A stretch of 35,622 nt of DNA from Actinomycetota bacterium. GTDB lineage: Bacteria > Actinomycetota > Humimicrobiia > Humimicrobiales > Humimicrobiaceae. Shown here piece after piece: positions 1 through 9,158 of this stretch; the first letter of the stretch is position 1; every line of letters starts with the position of its first letter. A program made the translations under genes and the position numbers. The notes under the pieces were generated by a model, which searched no databases, was not told the DNA's origin, and saw only the letters and a program-made list of their open reading frames with translations. Location of the stretch: contig SOKC01000123.1 in the NCBI GenBank assembly GCA_004376325.1, positions 1 to 35,622 on the forward strand, written 5' to 3'.

Positions 1-2
1 CG

Positions 3-725
3 ATTATCATTGTCTCCCATGATCTGGGTACTATTTCTGATTTATGCAGTAAGGTTGTATTTTTAAAAGATGGAGAAATAAAAGATATAGGCAAACCTTT
101 GGTTGTTGTTGCAAAATACAGGGCTTATATTGAGGAGTTGGATAAGAAGAGGATCATTGAACAGCAGAGAGCTGAGAGGAAAAAAATATTTAAGACGGTA
201 ATAGAAGGTAATAGAAAAGTAATTGACGGAGAAGAGATAAGCAAGCTATCAAATTTAAGTGTAAGTGGGGAGACTCTTAATAGGTTTGGAAGCGGGGATG
301 CAGAGATTCAAAATATTAAGCTCCTGGATGACAAAGATAGAGAAATAGACTTCTGCAAGTATGGGGATGATGTAAAGATAATATATGAGGTGTTATTTAA
401 AAAAGAAGTTGAAGAACCTATTTTTGGAATGAGAATTACAGATTTTAAAGGTAATATTGTTTATGGTACCAATACCAGATTAAATAATATTAAGACTGGC
501 ACGTTTAAAAAAGGTGACTTGATAAAAGTAATTTTTAACCAGAAGATAAATTTAATCGGAGGAGCATATTCGGTATCTCCTGCTGTTGGTTATAACGATA
601 ATAAAACCTACTGTGACTGGATTAATGATATGCTTACTTTAAATGTAATACATAATAATAAAGCTGAAGGAATATCAGATTTAAATCCTGAAATAATCAT
701 TAAAAAAACTGATTCTAGAAAATAA
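3..725 (+). CDS. wzt: Polysaccharide ABC transporter ATP-binding protein Wzt with C-terminal carbohydrate-binding (Wzt_C) domain; 5'-truncated by window
   Basis: The frame is open from base 3 and reads IIIVSHDLGTISDLCSKVVFLKDGEI (ABC H-loop and last NBD strands). A charged linker follows, then a Wzt_C pattern RFGSGDAEI...PIFG.RI.D..G..VYGTNT...L..GAYSVS. Confidence 0.85.
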   Translation: MIIVSHDLGTISDLCSKVVFLKDGEIKDIGKPLVVVAKYRAYIEELDKKRIIEQQRAERKKIFKTVIEGNRKVIDGEEISKLSNLSVSGETLNRFGSGDAEIQNIKLLDDKDREIDFCKYGDDVKIIYEVLFKKEVEEPIFGMRITDFKGNIVYGTNTRLNNIKTGTFKKGDLIKVIFNQKINLIGGAYSVSPAVGYNDNKTYCDWINDMLTLNVIHNNKAEGISDLNPEIIIKKTDSRK

Positions 726-736
726 TTTTTTTTATA

Positions 737-745
737 TGATATAAT
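737..745 (+). promoter_or_regulatory. Extended -10 promoter element (TGATATAAT) upstream of hicBA
   Basis: Exact TGnTATAAT match about 40 nt before the hicB ATG; a second TATAAT lies at 777-782. Confidence 0.45.
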
Positions 746-787
746 TGAAAAGGAATATTAGTTTAATAATATTATATATAATAAGTT

Positions 788-1012
788 ATGAAAAAATATA
801 AATTTTCTATAGTAATTGAAAAGAATTCAGAAGGATATTTCGCTTTCTGTCCAGAGCTTCAGGGGTGCTATACGCAAGGCAATACTTATGAGGAAGTACT
901 TGAAAATATTGAAGATGCTATAAAACTCCACATAGAAGATAGGATAGAATGTGGGGAAGGGATACCTCAGTCTGAGTCTGTAAGTTTAACCTCTCTTGAA
1001 GTAGCAGTATGA
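788..1012 (+). CDS. hicB: HicB-family antitoxin, short form without a DNA-binding domain
   Basis: 74 aa with the partial RNase H-fold signature YFAFCPELQGCYTQGNTYEEVLENIEDAI; ATGA overlap with the next gene. Confidence 0.9.
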   Translation: MKKYKFSIVIEKNSEGYFAFCPELQGCYTQGNTYEEVLENIEDAIKLHIEDRIECGEGIPQSESVSLTSLEVAV

Positions 1013-1239
1013 GTGGGAAGTTACCAAGAGTTACTGCTTCCGATGTAATAAAAGTATTAGAAAAGATTGGATTTTCTCTTGTTAGGCAGAGCGGTAGTCA
1101 TAAAGTTTATAGAAATAAAAGTGGTGAGAGAGCTACTATACCTTATCATGCTGGGAAGATTTTGCATCCTAAAACATTAATAAGTATTTTAAGAGATGTA
1201 GATTTGACAGTAGATAAATTCAAAGGGTTAATGAAATAG
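1009..1239 (+). CDS. hicA: HicA-family toxin (mRNA interferase)
   Basis: 76 aa basic protein with LEKIGF.LVRQSGSH (catalytic His) and TIPYH..K.L...TL.SIL. Confidence 0.9.
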   Translation: MSGKLPRVTASDVIKVLEKIGFSLVRQSGSHKVYRNKSGERATIPYHAGKILHPKTLISILRDVDLTVDKFKGLMK

Positions 1240-1261
1240 GTTAAGAAAGATTAAAATAATA

Positions 1262-1900
1262 CTATCTCCACGTTAAAAGTTTAAAATTCGAATTATTTTT
1301 TCTGAATCTTTTATTATTCACAATATATGCATTACCGAAAAGGCCTAACAAGTGTCTATCAGATTTATTGTCCGCAAAACAATATGATTCCTCCCAATTG
1401 ACATCTTCCTTTTTATATTCATCCAAAAGCATTTTGATTTTATTTTCACCATAACAGTCTTCACCGCAAATAGTGATTTTTCCATTTTTGAAATTGGTTT
1501 TTGTACAGATTAATTTTGAAAATCCTAATTTGTCTTTTATTTTTTTCAGGTAAAAATCAGGTGAAGCACTTAGAAGTACAAGTTCAAATCCATTTTCTTT
1601 TAACTTAGATATCTCTTTTTTGGCGTCTTTAAAAACTAGTCTCAGCAGATATTCTGAAAAACCATCAGCTATTTTTTCTGGGTCTTTTATCTTTGATGAA
1701 TCTATAACCAGATTAAGGAATTTTTCTTTATACTTCTTTTGGGAGTAAATTTTTAGGAAAAATTTTATTGTTTCCAGGTTCAATCGGAAAAGATCAGGTA
1801 TATTTTTCCAGGAGAAATTGAAATATCTTAGGAAAAATAAGACCATTGAATCTCTTTTTATCAATGTTCCATCAAAGTCAAATATTGCTATTAACTCCAT
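1262..1900 (-). CDS. HAD-IB family phosphatase
   Basis: Motif I FDFDGTL, motif II SASP, motif III Lys (GENK), motif IV ADNKSD; overlaps the upstream UbiA gene by 10 nt. Confidence 0.85.
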   Translation of the reverse strand: MELIAIFDFDGTLIKRDSMVLFFLRYFNFSWKNIPDLFRLNLETIKFFLKIYSQKKYKEKFLNLVIDSSKIKDPEKIADGFSEYLLRLVFKDAKKEISKLKENGFELVLLSASPDFYLKKIKDKLGFSKLICTKTNFKNGKITICGEDCYGENKIKMLLDEYKKEDVNWEESYCFADNKSDRHLLGLFGNAYIVNNKRFRKNNSNFKLLTWR

Positions 1901-2847
1901 ATTTTTAATAAAAATTCAAGGTATGGATTTAATATTTTTGCTAAAACCAGCACTATTATGGTTAATATAGTAAAAAAATAAAATTCTTTATGTTTTAGTA
2001 ATTTTTCAGGTTCTTTTGCTGGACTATCCTTTTTTAATGTTAATTTAAAATACCAGATAAATGAAGCAATAAACACTGGAACAGCCAAAATAACACTGAT
2101 AGAGTATTTGATGCATATAATTGCCAGGGAAAAGGATACCAGTGATATATATCCTATAATAGATACAATCAGATTTTCCTCTGTATAATATTTAAATGAC
2201 TTTCTATATTTTGCTGCTTTTTGAGGATCATTTATAAATCTATATTCGGCCAGTCTCTTACATGCCATCAGGAAGGCACCAAAGGCCCAGAAGGATACTA
2301 TGAAACTAACAGGTGGGAAAAAGACCATTTGCATAGCATACCATCCAATGACGAATCTAATTGGGTTATTAATTGATTCAGAAATAACATCAAGGTAAGG
2401 TAATTCTTTAGTCCTGAATGGTCTGACATTGTAAAAGAAACCCATTACAATTAAACTTATAATTGCAAAGAACACTTCTATAGGTAGATAAACAAAACTT
2501 ATTACTGCTGTTATTAAAACTAATAAAAGTGATCCAAAGAGAACCTTTTTCTTTGAAATTTTACCTGATGGGATAGGACGTTTTTTCTTAACTGGATGAT
2601 GCTTGTCAAATTCAGAATCTATTAATTCATTTATTCCGTAATTGGCTGAGGAAGCCAGGCATGTGCAAAGAAGGGCTATTAATATTAATTTGATGTTTTC
2701 ATAGGTAATGGAAGCATTAAAAAAAATGTAGGCAGTAAAGCTTCCAACTAACATAAATATATTCTTAAACCAGTGGCTGGGTCTGAAAACTCCAATATAG
2801 TATAATATTTTATTCTTGTATGTCAGTTTATAATTAGTAGTTGTCAT
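1891..2847 (-). CDS. UbiA-family prenyltransferase, polyprenyl-phosphate phosphoribosyltransferase (DPPR synthase)-like
   Basis: RPSHWFKN, SSANYGINELID.EFDKHHPVKKKRPIPSG and KRLAEY match the DPPR synthase subfamily; multiple TM segments. The ATG at 2847 is preferred over the TTG at 2946. Confidence 0.8.
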   Translation of the reverse strand: MTTTNYKLTYKNKILYYIGVFRPSHWFKNIFMLVGSFTAYIFFNASITYENIKLILIALLCTCLASSANYGINELIDSEFDKHHPVKKKRPIPSGKISKKKVLFGSLLLVLITAVISFVYLPIEVFFAIISLIVMGFFYNVRPFRTKELPYLDVISESINNPIRFVIGWYAMQMVFFPPVSFIVSFWAFGAFLMACKRLAEYRFINDPQKAAKYRKSFKYYTEENLIVSIIGYISLVSFSLAIICIKYSISVILAVPVFIASFIWYFKLTLKKDSPAKEPEKLLKHKEFYFFTILTIIVLVLAKILNPYLEFLLKIWS

Positions 2848-2957
2848 ACTAATAATATTAAGTATTAATGTTTTTAATAATATAAAGGTTTTTTTTAAAA
2901 ATATAAACAAAAAAATAATAATAAGTATTGAAAAAATCGGTTCCAAAACATATTTTT

Positions 2958-4112
2958 TTATAAGATAATTTCATTATATATATTCAGAGTTTTTCTGGCA
3001 GTTTTTTCCCAGCTAAATTTTTGAGCCTGCTTAAGTGACTTCTCTTTTAACTTTTTTTTTATCTTCTCATTTTTAAGGATATATGATATTTGCTTTGATA
3101 TCTCCCTATAATCTTCAGATGGAACCAGTATTCCTGCATTGCCTACAACTTCCTTAAGTGATGATGAATCAGAAGCTATTACTGGAAGTCCACAAGACAT
3201 GGCTTCAAGTGGTGGAAGACCAAAGCCTTCAAAGAAGGAAGGATAGACAAAGATTTCTGCCTGATTATATATCTGGACAAGATCTTTATCTGAAACTCTT
3301 CCAATAAAAAGTATATCGTCTTTATAAGGACTTAGTTCCCTTTCCCTGTAGGTAGCCTCACTTTTCCAACCTGTTCTTCCAACAATTACTAATCTGTAGT
3401 TAAAGTCGTTGTTATTATGCTTTATATAGTTAAATGCTTTTATTAAAGTAGGGTAATTTTTCCTTGGTTCTATAGTACCTGCCGATAGAATATATTTTTT
3501 ATCTATTCCATATTTTTTAAGCACCTTTTTATCTTTTTCCTGGTTTGCAAGTTTTTTGAACTGACTGTCCGATGCCAGGTAGACTACTTTCACCTTAGCA
3601 GGATCTATTTTAAAAAATTTTATAATATCATCTTTAGTGCTTTTTGAATCAGCAATAATTATTTTTGCTAATCTGGCATTTCTTTTAACTTCTTTAGTAT
3701 ATTTTTTAATAAACCAGTCAAAATTAAACTGGGGAAATCTTATAAAAGCCAGGTCATGTATGGTTAAAATTATGATTTTATTTAAAGTAGGCGGAATAAG
3801 GTAATCCGGGCAGTGAAGCAAATCTGCTTTAAAACCCATAAGCTCAATGGGCGGAAATCTTAGCCTGTTCCATAAGTTTAATTTCTTTTGAGTGGTTTTA
3901 TACAATTTGAATTCAATTTTATTATCTGTGCAGGTTGATTTAATTCTATTTATTATTTCTAGATATTTGTCTGTTACGTATCTTCCAGTTAAAATGTATG
4001 TATTTTTTTTATCAATTTTTAGAAGATTTCTTACCAGGTTTGTTATATATCTGCCTGCACCTATATCCTGGCCGTGATTTAAAACAGTAGATATATCAAT
4101 TCCAATTCTCAT
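2958..4112 (-). CDS. GT4 glycosyltransferase (MtfB/WbdB mannosyltransferase-like)
   Basis: TIHDL, GTIEPRKN and EGFGLPPLEAMSCG (EX7E) motifs, ending FSWEKTA. Confidence 0.9.
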   Translation of the reverse strand: MRIGIDISTVLNHGQDIGAGRYITNLVRNLLKIDKKNTYILTGRYVTDKYLEIINRIKSTCTDNKIEFKLYKTTQKKLNLWNRLRFPPIELMGFKADLLHCPDYLIPPTLNKIIILTIHDLAFIRFPQFNFDWFIKKYTKEVKRNARLAKIIIADSKSTKDDIIKFFKIDPAKVKVVYLASDSQFKKLANQEKDKKVLKKYGIDKKYILSAGTIEPRKNYPTLIKAFNYIKHNNNDFNYRLVIVGRTGWKSEATYRERELSPYKDDILFIGRVSDKDLVQIYNQAEIFVYPSFFEGFGLPPLEAMSCGLPVIASDSSSLKEVVGNAGILVPSEDYREISKQISYILKNEKIKKKLKEKSLKQAQKFSWEKTARKTLNIYNEIIL

Positions 4113-4123
4113 CTTTTTAAATT

Positions 4124-6490
4124 TTAAGTTATTTTATTAATGAACCGGTGAACTGATATAGGTTCATATTCAAATTTACCATGGAGTATTTCTTTAAATA
4201 TGCTGCTTTCAATGATAAATTTTGTATTCCCAAGGTTGGTAAGATAATTTACCATTTCTTCGTATCTCTCATTTCCAAGAAGTGCATGTAATCTTCTGTA
4301 TGAATGCAGCAAATTTGAAATGGAATAGACAGGTTCATTTTTAATAAAATCAAAATAGTTTCTTTCACCCCAGCTGAATTTAAGAATATCTGTATCAAAG
4401 ACCTGTCTTGAAAATTGTATATCTTTTCTTTTTCTTTTTAGGTATCTAATGCTTTTTTTAAAATCGCCCGTTATTTTTTTTGCTATGGGCTTTAAATTTT
4501 TATCTTTTAAATTTTGCTTTTGAATATTTAGTTCAATATCCATTATTCTTTTCAGATTATGTGATTCAGCATTCTTATAAATTGTTTTAAGTAAATTTAG
4601 CTTTTGATAATAATATTTCTGGGTAAAGGCAGAAGCGTCATCTCTGAAGCAAAAGGCGTATTTGTGATAGCAGATTGCAGTAGGACATGATCTAAATTTG
4701 TAACCCTGCTGGTTTGCTCTGTAACAGAAGTCAACATCTTCATAAAATAAAAAGAAAGTTGGGTCAATTTTTCCAACTTTATTTTCAGAAAAGATATCCT
4801 TTTTTAAGAATGCAGATGTAAATGAAACCCCAAAAATATCCTCAGGTCTATTATACTGGTCTAAATCTAATTGGCCTATTCCATGATATCCAATATAATA
4901 ACTGATGTCTAAATAAATTCCTGTGCTTTCCAGAAAATCCCGCAGGTAGTATAGTTTAATTTTTGGAGCAAGACCTATATAAAGGCTATCAAGTTTATTA
5001 ATCTCTCCCACCAGCATTTCAACAGCATCATGATTGTAGGTAATATCAAAATTTGATATTAAAACATATTCACAGTCAGTATGTTTAATTGCTTGATTCA
5101 AGGCTTCACCCAGGCCTAAGTTTCTTTCGGATAATATTACCTTTATATACCTGTACTCTTTTTTAATAGAGTCTAAAACATTATTGGTGGAATTATTGTC
5201 AAAAATTATAATTTCAATGTTTTTATGAGACTGATTTTTAATTGAGTCAAGACATTCTTTAAGACAGGAGTAGGAAGAATTATAGTTAACTATGATAACA
5301 GCTACCCTCTTACTTTTAGCAGGTTTGATTTTATCTTTATATTTTTTTACTAATACATCTGAATCTTTGAGTCCCAGTATGTTTTTTATTACTTTATCGT
5401 ATTTTTTTACGATGTTTTCCCATGAAAATTTCTTCGCGTATTCTATACCGTTTTTACCCATTTCCAGTCTTAATTTTGAATCACTGATTAGAATATCTAA
5501 TTTTTCTGTGAATTCTTGAGTATTATCTACAACGAATCCTGTTTTCCCGTCCACTGATACCTCTGGATGTGCGCCGATTCTGTAGCAAATTGTAGGCTTG
5601 TTAAAGCTCTGGGCTTCAGCAATAGGTAAGTCAAACCCTTCCCAATGGGAACATGTTGCATAAATATTACACGACTTGTATATTAGTGGCATAAGTTCCT
5701 CAGGTGCATTGCTGATGGCCAATATTCCCTGGTTCTTAAGCAGTTCTTCATCATTTTTTGAGCCATATCCAACAGCCAGAAGTTTAATGTTTTTGTATTT
5801 TTTAGATAAAGTTTGATAAATATTTGCCAGCTCAGCCAGTCCTTTGTAAGGTTGATTGGTAAGATTTAATCTTCCAACATATAGTATTATGATGTCTTCA
5901 GGGCCAGCCCCAATTTTTTTTCTAAAGTTATCAATATCCTCTGTGGATAAAACTCTTTGCTGGTAGTGGTCACAGCCGTTATAAATATAAGTGGCTTTTC
6001 CTCTTATTTTTTTTGGCAGACGGTTTAATAAATATTTAGATACTGCTACTATCTTGTTTGCTTTCTTAAAATAAGAAAGATTCTGGCTTATTTCCATATA
6101 TTTAAATCTAATCCTTCTTTTTAGAGGCAATCCACCTACAGATATTATTCCATGGTCCACAACTAAAACTGGCTTGTTTAATTTGGGTATTAAGCTGTAG
6201 AATGGAAATGACTGTATTATAAATAAGTCTACATTTCTACTGTTAAGATAAGGAACCAGTTTTCTTATCCTTCTTTCATAAATTATGGGATTATCTGCAG
6301 GTTTAAAGTAGTGAAGTTTTTCTATTCCGTATGATTTTCTATTAGTAAAGGTTTCATCAAAATAATTGCAATACACTTTACAATTATATCCTGATTTTGC
6401 CAGGCCATCTGCAAGTCTGTCTACAACTAAATCAACTCCATGACCTTTAATCATTCTATCAGTTATAAAAGCCAGATTTATTTTTCTCAT
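4124..6490 (-). CDS. Bifunctional glycosyltransferase, N-terminal GT4 plus C-terminal GT2
   Basis: GT4 motifs YVGRL and EGFDLPIAEA...FSWENI, then GT2 motifs IIVNYN, FDNNS, SNFD and FFLFYEDVDFCYRA. Confidence 0.85.
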   Translation of the reverse strand: MRKINLAFITDRMIKGHGVDLVVDRLADGLAKSGYNCKVYCNYFDETFTNRKSYGIEKLHYFKPADNPIIYERRIRKLVPYLNSRNVDLFIIQSFPFYSLIPKLNKPVLVVDHGIISVGGLPLKRRIRFKYMEISQNLSYFKKANKIVAVSKYLLNRLPKKIRGKATYIYNGCDHYQQRVLSTEDIDNFRKKIGAGPEDIIILYVGRLNLTNQPYKGLAELANIYQTLSKKYKNIKLLAVGYGSKNDEELLKNQGILAISNAPEELMPLIYKSCNIYATCSHWEGFDLPIAEAQSFNKPTICYRIGAHPEVSVDGKTGFVVDNTQEFTEKLDILISDSKLRLEMGKNGIEYAKKFSWENIVKKYDKVIKNILGLKDSDVLVKKYKDKIKPAKSKRVAVIIVNYNSSYSCLKECLDSIKNQSHKNIEIIIFDNNSTNNVLDSIKKEYRYIKVILSERNLGLGEALNQAIKHTDCEYVLISNFDITYNHDAVEMLVGEINKLDSLYIGLAPKIKLYYLRDFLESTGIYLDISYYIGYHGIGQLDLDQYNRPEDIFGVSFTSAFLKKDIFSENKVGKIDPTFFLFYEDVDFCYRANQQGYKFRSCPTAICYHKYAFCFRDDASAFTQKYYYQKLNLLKTIYKNAESHNLKRIMDIELNIQKQNLKDKNLKPIAKKITGDFKKSIRYLKRKRKDIQFSRQVFDTDILKFSWGERNYFDFIKNEPVYSISNLLHSYRRLHALLGNERYEEMVNYLTNLGNTKFIIESSIFKEILHGKFEYEPISVHRFINKIT

Positions 6491-6550
6491 ATTTTTTAAA
6501 ATTTTTAGTTTTTTACATTTTATACTAGATGTTGTTTAAAATAAATTGTT

Positions 6551-6559
6551 TGTTATAAT
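6551..6559 (+). promoter_or_regulatory. Extended -10 promoter (TGTTATAAT) for the 6615-12954 operon
   Basis: Exact TGnTATAAT in the divergent intergenic region; SD AGGAGA at 6601-6606 precedes the ATG at 6615. Confidence 0.55.
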
Positions 6560-6614
6560 TTATCCTAATTTATTCAAAAAACTTGAGCTTAATCGGTTTT
6601 AGGAGATTAATTTT

Positions 6615-9128
6615 ATGAGAGATATTCTTACATATCCTCAGATTTCAATTTCAATTATAAATTTAAATGGGAAAGATTATCTTGGGCAGTGCCTTGACAG
6701 CATAAAAAAACTGGATTATCCCGAAGATAAATTGGAAACAATTGTCATTGATAACGGTTCAAGTGATGATTCTGTAAATTTCATTAAATCAAATTATCCA
6801 CTGGTAAAATTAATCAGTAATGATAAAAATATGGGTTTTGCCTTTGCAAATAATCAGGCAGCAAAAGAAGCAAATAGTGAGTATATAGCCTTTTTAAACA
6901 ATGATACAAGAGTTGATAAGAACTGGCTTATAGAACTTCTAAGACCTATATATAAGAATAAAGAAGTTGTAGCTTCTGGCTCAAAGGTCCTTTCTATTGA
7001 CGGAAAAAATATCGATTTTGTTGGAGGAATGATAAATTTTGAAGGAAAGGGCTTTCAAATAGATTATGGAATTCCTGTAGAAAAAGGCAATTATAGCCAG
7101 TACAGGTATCTTCCTTTTGTAAATGGCGGGGCTATGCTTGTAGACAGGAAGATATTTTTAGGTGCTGGAGGGTTTGATGAAGACTTTTTTGCCTATTATG
7201 AGGATGTAGATTTTGGCTGGAGGTTATGGGTGCTGGGATATAAAGTTGTTTTTGCACCTGAATCTGTTGTCTACCATCACCACCACGGAACTTCTAAAAT
7301 CTTCAGTGAGGATAAGCTAAGATTTTTAAAAGAAAGAAATTCTCTGTATTCTATTTTTAAAAATTATGATGATGAAAACTTATCAAAAATACTAGCTGCT
7401 TCTCTGGCAAGTGTTTTTAACAGAGTTTTTGTAGATTTGAAATTTGATTATAAGAGTTATTATGACTTGAGTACTGAAAGATCCAAGGATGCTGAAACTG
7501 GTGACCAGAAAATTTCAAAAGAGCCTCTCAGCTCCTTAATGGCAGCCAGAAATTTTTTTGATGATCTGCCAAAACTTATAGAAAAAAGAGAGAGGATTCA
7601 AAGCAGGAGGAAAAGAGACGATAAGGCGTTATTCACCTATTTTAAAGGACAGTTTCTTGCAGTTTCACCGGATAGGCAATACCAGAAAAATCAGATAGAT
7701 ATGTTAAAATCGCTTGGAATCTATAAAGTATTTGAAAAAGAAATAAAAAGGACACTGCTTATAATTTCAAGTGAGGTTATATCTAAAGAGATGGCAGGTC
7801 CTGCAATCAGGGTGTGGAACTTCGCAAAAGTTTTAGCCGAGCATATGAATGTAATACTGGCTGCTCCGAATAAGGTTAGTCTGCAGGAACAGGAATTTAA
7901 AATAATCCAGTTTAGAAATGATGCAGAATTAAAGGAAATTATAAAGGATGTTGATATTATATTAACCGGTGGAATGACATTTTCTAAATACGGCAGTATA
8001 AAAAAATCAGGTAAATATTTAATTATTGATATTTATGATCCTTATAACCTCGCAACCCTGGCTGAATATGAGGATGAACCCATTAAGAAAAGGTTGGAAA
8101 TCCATAAATCAATTTATTATATTTTTAATGAGCAATTGCACTATGGAGATTTTTTCATCTGTGCTTCTGAAAGGCAGAGGGATTTCTGGCTGGGAATGCT
8201 GGCAGCGCTAAACAGAGTAAATCCTTATTCTTATAATGAGGATCCAACTTTAAAGAAAATGATAGATGTGGTGCCATTTGGGCTTCCTACTAATAAACCC
8301 ATTCATACCAGGGAGGTATTAAAAGGCCAGATTGATGGAATTGGAAAGGATGATTTTGTAATTATATGGGGTGGTGGAATTTATAACTGGTTTGATCCTT
8401 TGACCCTTATAAAATCTATGGCTAGAATTGCTGAAATAAGGGATGATATTAAACTGTTCTTTATGGGTGTGAAACATCCCAATCCACAGGTAAGAGAGCT
8501 AAGACTGGTAAATGATACTATTGATCTGGCAAAAAAATTAAATATTTTTGGTAAAAATGTCTTTTTTAATTATGGGTGGGTTGAATATAATGAGAGGCAA
8601 AATTACCTTTTGGAATCGGATGTAGGGATAATTACCCATCCTTTACATATTGAAACAAGATTTTCATACAGAACCAGGATATTGGATTATCTCTGGGCGA
8701 GTCTTCCTATAATTTCAACTGAAGGTGATTATTTAAGTGAGATGGTGGAGAAAGAAGGATTGGGTATTACTGTAAGAGATGGTAATGTTGATGATATTGT
8801 GAATGCCATAACTAAGCTTGCTGATGATAAAGAATTTTATAATGAATGTTTAAATAATTTAAGGGATATTTCAAGAGAATTTACATGGGAGAAAGTGTGC
8901 AGGCCTGTTATATCTTTTTGTAGAGATCCAATTCCAACTTCTTACAGGAAAAGAGAAGGATTTGAAAATATCTTTGATGATAAGGGTCAAAATTCATTAA
9001 AAAAAAATAACACCCACTCGAATAAAAAAGGATTTTCCTACTTAGTGAAAAGATTTTTACACCACTTATTTAAAAGTGGTCCCAGGCTGACTTCAAGATT
9101 TATATCCAACTATTTTAAGGGCAGATAA
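6615..9128 (+). CDS. Bifunctional glycosyltransferase, N-terminal GT2 (rhamnosyltransferase-like) plus C-terminal GT4-like domain
   Basis: GT2 motifs IDNGSSD, FLNND and GGFDEDFFAYYEDVDFGWR; C-terminal GT-B region MAGPAIRVW...WGGGIYNWFDP...ETRFSYRTRILDYLWA...FTWEKV. Confidence 0.85.
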   Translation: MRDILTYPQISISIINLNGKDYLGQCLDSIKKLDYPEDKLETIVIDNGSSDDSVNFIKSNYPLVKLISNDKNMGFAFANNQAAKEANSEYIAFLNNDTRVDKNWLIELLRPIYKNKEVVASGSKVLSIDGKNIDFVGGMINFEGKGFQIDYGIPVEKGNYSQYRYLPFVNGGAMLVDRKIFLGAGGFDEDFFAYYEDVDFGWRLWVLGYKVVFAPESVVYHHHHGTSKIFSEDKLRFLKERNSLYSIFKNYDDENLSKILAASLASVFNRVFVDLKFDYKSYYDLSTERSKDAETGDQKISKEPLSSLMAARNFFDDLPKLIEKRERIQSRRKRDDKALFTYFKGQFLAVSPDRQYQKNQIDMLKSLGIYKVFEKEIKRTLLIISSEVISKEMAGPAIRVWNFAKVLAEHMNVILAAPNKVSLQEQEFKIIQFRNDAELKEIIKDVDIILTGGMTFSKYGSIKKSGKYLIIDIYDPYNLATLAEYEDEPIKKRLEIHKSIYYIFNEQLHYGDFFICASERQRDFWLGMLAALNRVNPYSYNEDPTLKKMIDVVPFGLPTNKPIHTREVLKGQIDGIGKDDFVIIWGGGIYNWFDPLTLIKSMARIAEIRDDIKLFFMGVKHPNPQVRELRLVNDTIDLAKKLNIFGKNVFFNYGWVEYNERQNYLLESDVGIITHPLHIETRFSYRTRILDYLWASLPIISTEGDYLSEMVEKEGLGITVRDGNVDDIVNAITKLADDKEFYNECLNNLRDISREFTWEKVCRPVISFCRDPIPTSYRKREGFENIFDDKGQNSLKKNNTHSNKKGFSYLVKRFLHHLFKSGPRLTSRFISNYFKGR

Positions 9129-9158
9129 ACAGGAAAGAGAAAAATTCTTAAAATAAGT

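Noticed and set aside
2848-2946. 33-codon TTG-started extension of UbiA
   Set aside because: Low-complexity AT-rich sequence; family similarity begins after the ATG at 2847. Not fully excluded.
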